Positions 63,941-64,000 of a stretch of DNA of 64,000 nucleotides are shown here, one piece after another. How positions within the stretch are numbered: the first letter of the stretch is position 1; the number at the start of each line of letters is the position of its first letter. The stretch is from NCBI RefSeq assembly GCF_009914755.1, contig NC_060927.1, one strand, 5' to 3'. This DNA is from the human T2T-CHM13v2.0 reference genome, Homo sapiens. A program made the translations under genes and the position numbers. Below the pieces are notes generated by a model, which was given only the letters and a program-made list of their open reading frames with translations, did no database searches and was not told where the DNA came from.

Positions 63941-64000
63941 CCCTTTCTGAACCTGAAAGATGCCATCTCTGAGCTTCAAGCAATCTTTAACTGGCCTTTG

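Overview
This is 64 kb of AT-rich, non-coding primate genomic DNA, probably human: AluJ, AluS and AluY all occur, with target-site duplications (TSDs). It looks like a large intron or gene desert. I can support no protein-coding exon, rRNA, tRNA or CRISPR array. The supplied ORFs are Alu-, microsatellite- or LTR-derived, or chance ORFs; the only real protein remnant is a decayed L1 ORF2p C-terminus near 7.9-8.2 kb. Much of the window is interspersed repeat: 8 Alus, many MIR and L2 fragments, old L1M fragments, ERVL/MaLR solo LTRs (LTR16, LTR33, MLT1, MLT2, MST) and DNA transposons (MER58A, MER20 x3, MER102 x2, MER91A x2, MER63, MER2, MER47A, Tigger2a, MADE1, MADE2), several of them nested. Between these lie multi-kb blocks with no recognisable repeat (about 18.8-23.5, 41.1-44.7, 47.3-50.2 and 52.2-54.3 kb) that look like conserved non-coding or enhancer DNA. 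The best leads are a 90-nt candidate cassette exon with stops in all three frames (48385-48474), an upstream RNA stem and a downstream CpG-retaining promoter-like patch beside it, a palindromic AT-rich repeat (21811-22135), a near-perfect MADE1/miR-548-type hairpin and a multi-layer transposon nest (55.1-57.4 kb). I could not identify the host locus and found no evidence of a novel protein-coding system. Repeat family and subfamily names come from recalled consensus sequences, not a database search. Boundaries of old repeats are approximate.
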